Assembly: GCA_044356455.1 (NCBI GenBank)
Contig: JBIKWF010000100.1
Coordinates: 1-16,988, forward strand
Reading direction: 5' to 3'
Origin: Bdellovibrionota bacterium
GTDB taxonomy: Bacteria > Bdellovibrionota_C > UBA2361 > JBGSMV01
DNA length: 16,988 bases
The position numbers and the translations under genes are program-made. Below are positions 16,847 to 16,988 of the stretch, in pieces. Within the stretch, counting starts at the first letter, position 1. The number at the start of each line of letters is the position of its first letter. The notes beneath the pieces are model-generated. The model saw nothing but the letters and a program-made list of their open reading frames with translations. It had not been told where the DNA came from and did not search any database.

Positions 16847-16960
16847 GAGGATTGTGTCCCGTAGATACTTAAATCTTCGATTTGGACACAACCGAGGGGG
16901 GGCTGTCCCGTTGCCACCGCCGTGGGTGGTGGCAAAAATTTTTCACGGGACAGACCCCCA
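16847..16960. mobile_element. Family A MITE-like element, copy 3 (more degenerate)
   Basis: GGATTGTGTCCCGTAG...AAATCTTC..TTTGGACACAA...GGCTGTCCCGTTGCCACC...AATTTTT..CGGGACAGACCCC is collinear with copy 2. The flanks are GA/CA instead of TA/TA. Confidence 0.82.
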
Positions 16961-16988
16961 GGGCAGATTGAGATACTCTAAGTGGCGA

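Overview
Bacterial chromosomal window of moderately high GC with about 14 probable genes. Confident calls: B12-dependent methionine synthase (metH), HtpX protease, a beta-carbonic anhydrase with a signal peptide, an O-antigen-ligase-family membrane protein, and a stand-alone Hpt gene coupled to a two-receiver response regulator. Weaker calls: a Flp/Tad-like prepilin, a PaiB-like protein, a SmpA/BamE-like domain protein, a putative beta-barrel and several hypothetical proteins. The gene mix is compatible with a diderm deltaproteobacterial/Bdellovibrionota-like organism (inference only). No rRNA, tRNA, CRISPR array, transposase or phage gene was seen. The most unusual signal is non-coding. Three distinct families of short palindromic, TA/CTAG-flanked repeats occur seven times in 17 kb (family A x3, B x2, C x2). 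Three copies begin at the TAG stop codon of a gene, two are stacked sharing one TA, and one family shows an inverted core. Secondary observations: MetH with atypical residues in its homocysteine domain, a possible dead GGDEF-fold protein with a four-hairpin leader, and sigma28-like promoters. All alignments were made by eye; no searches were run.
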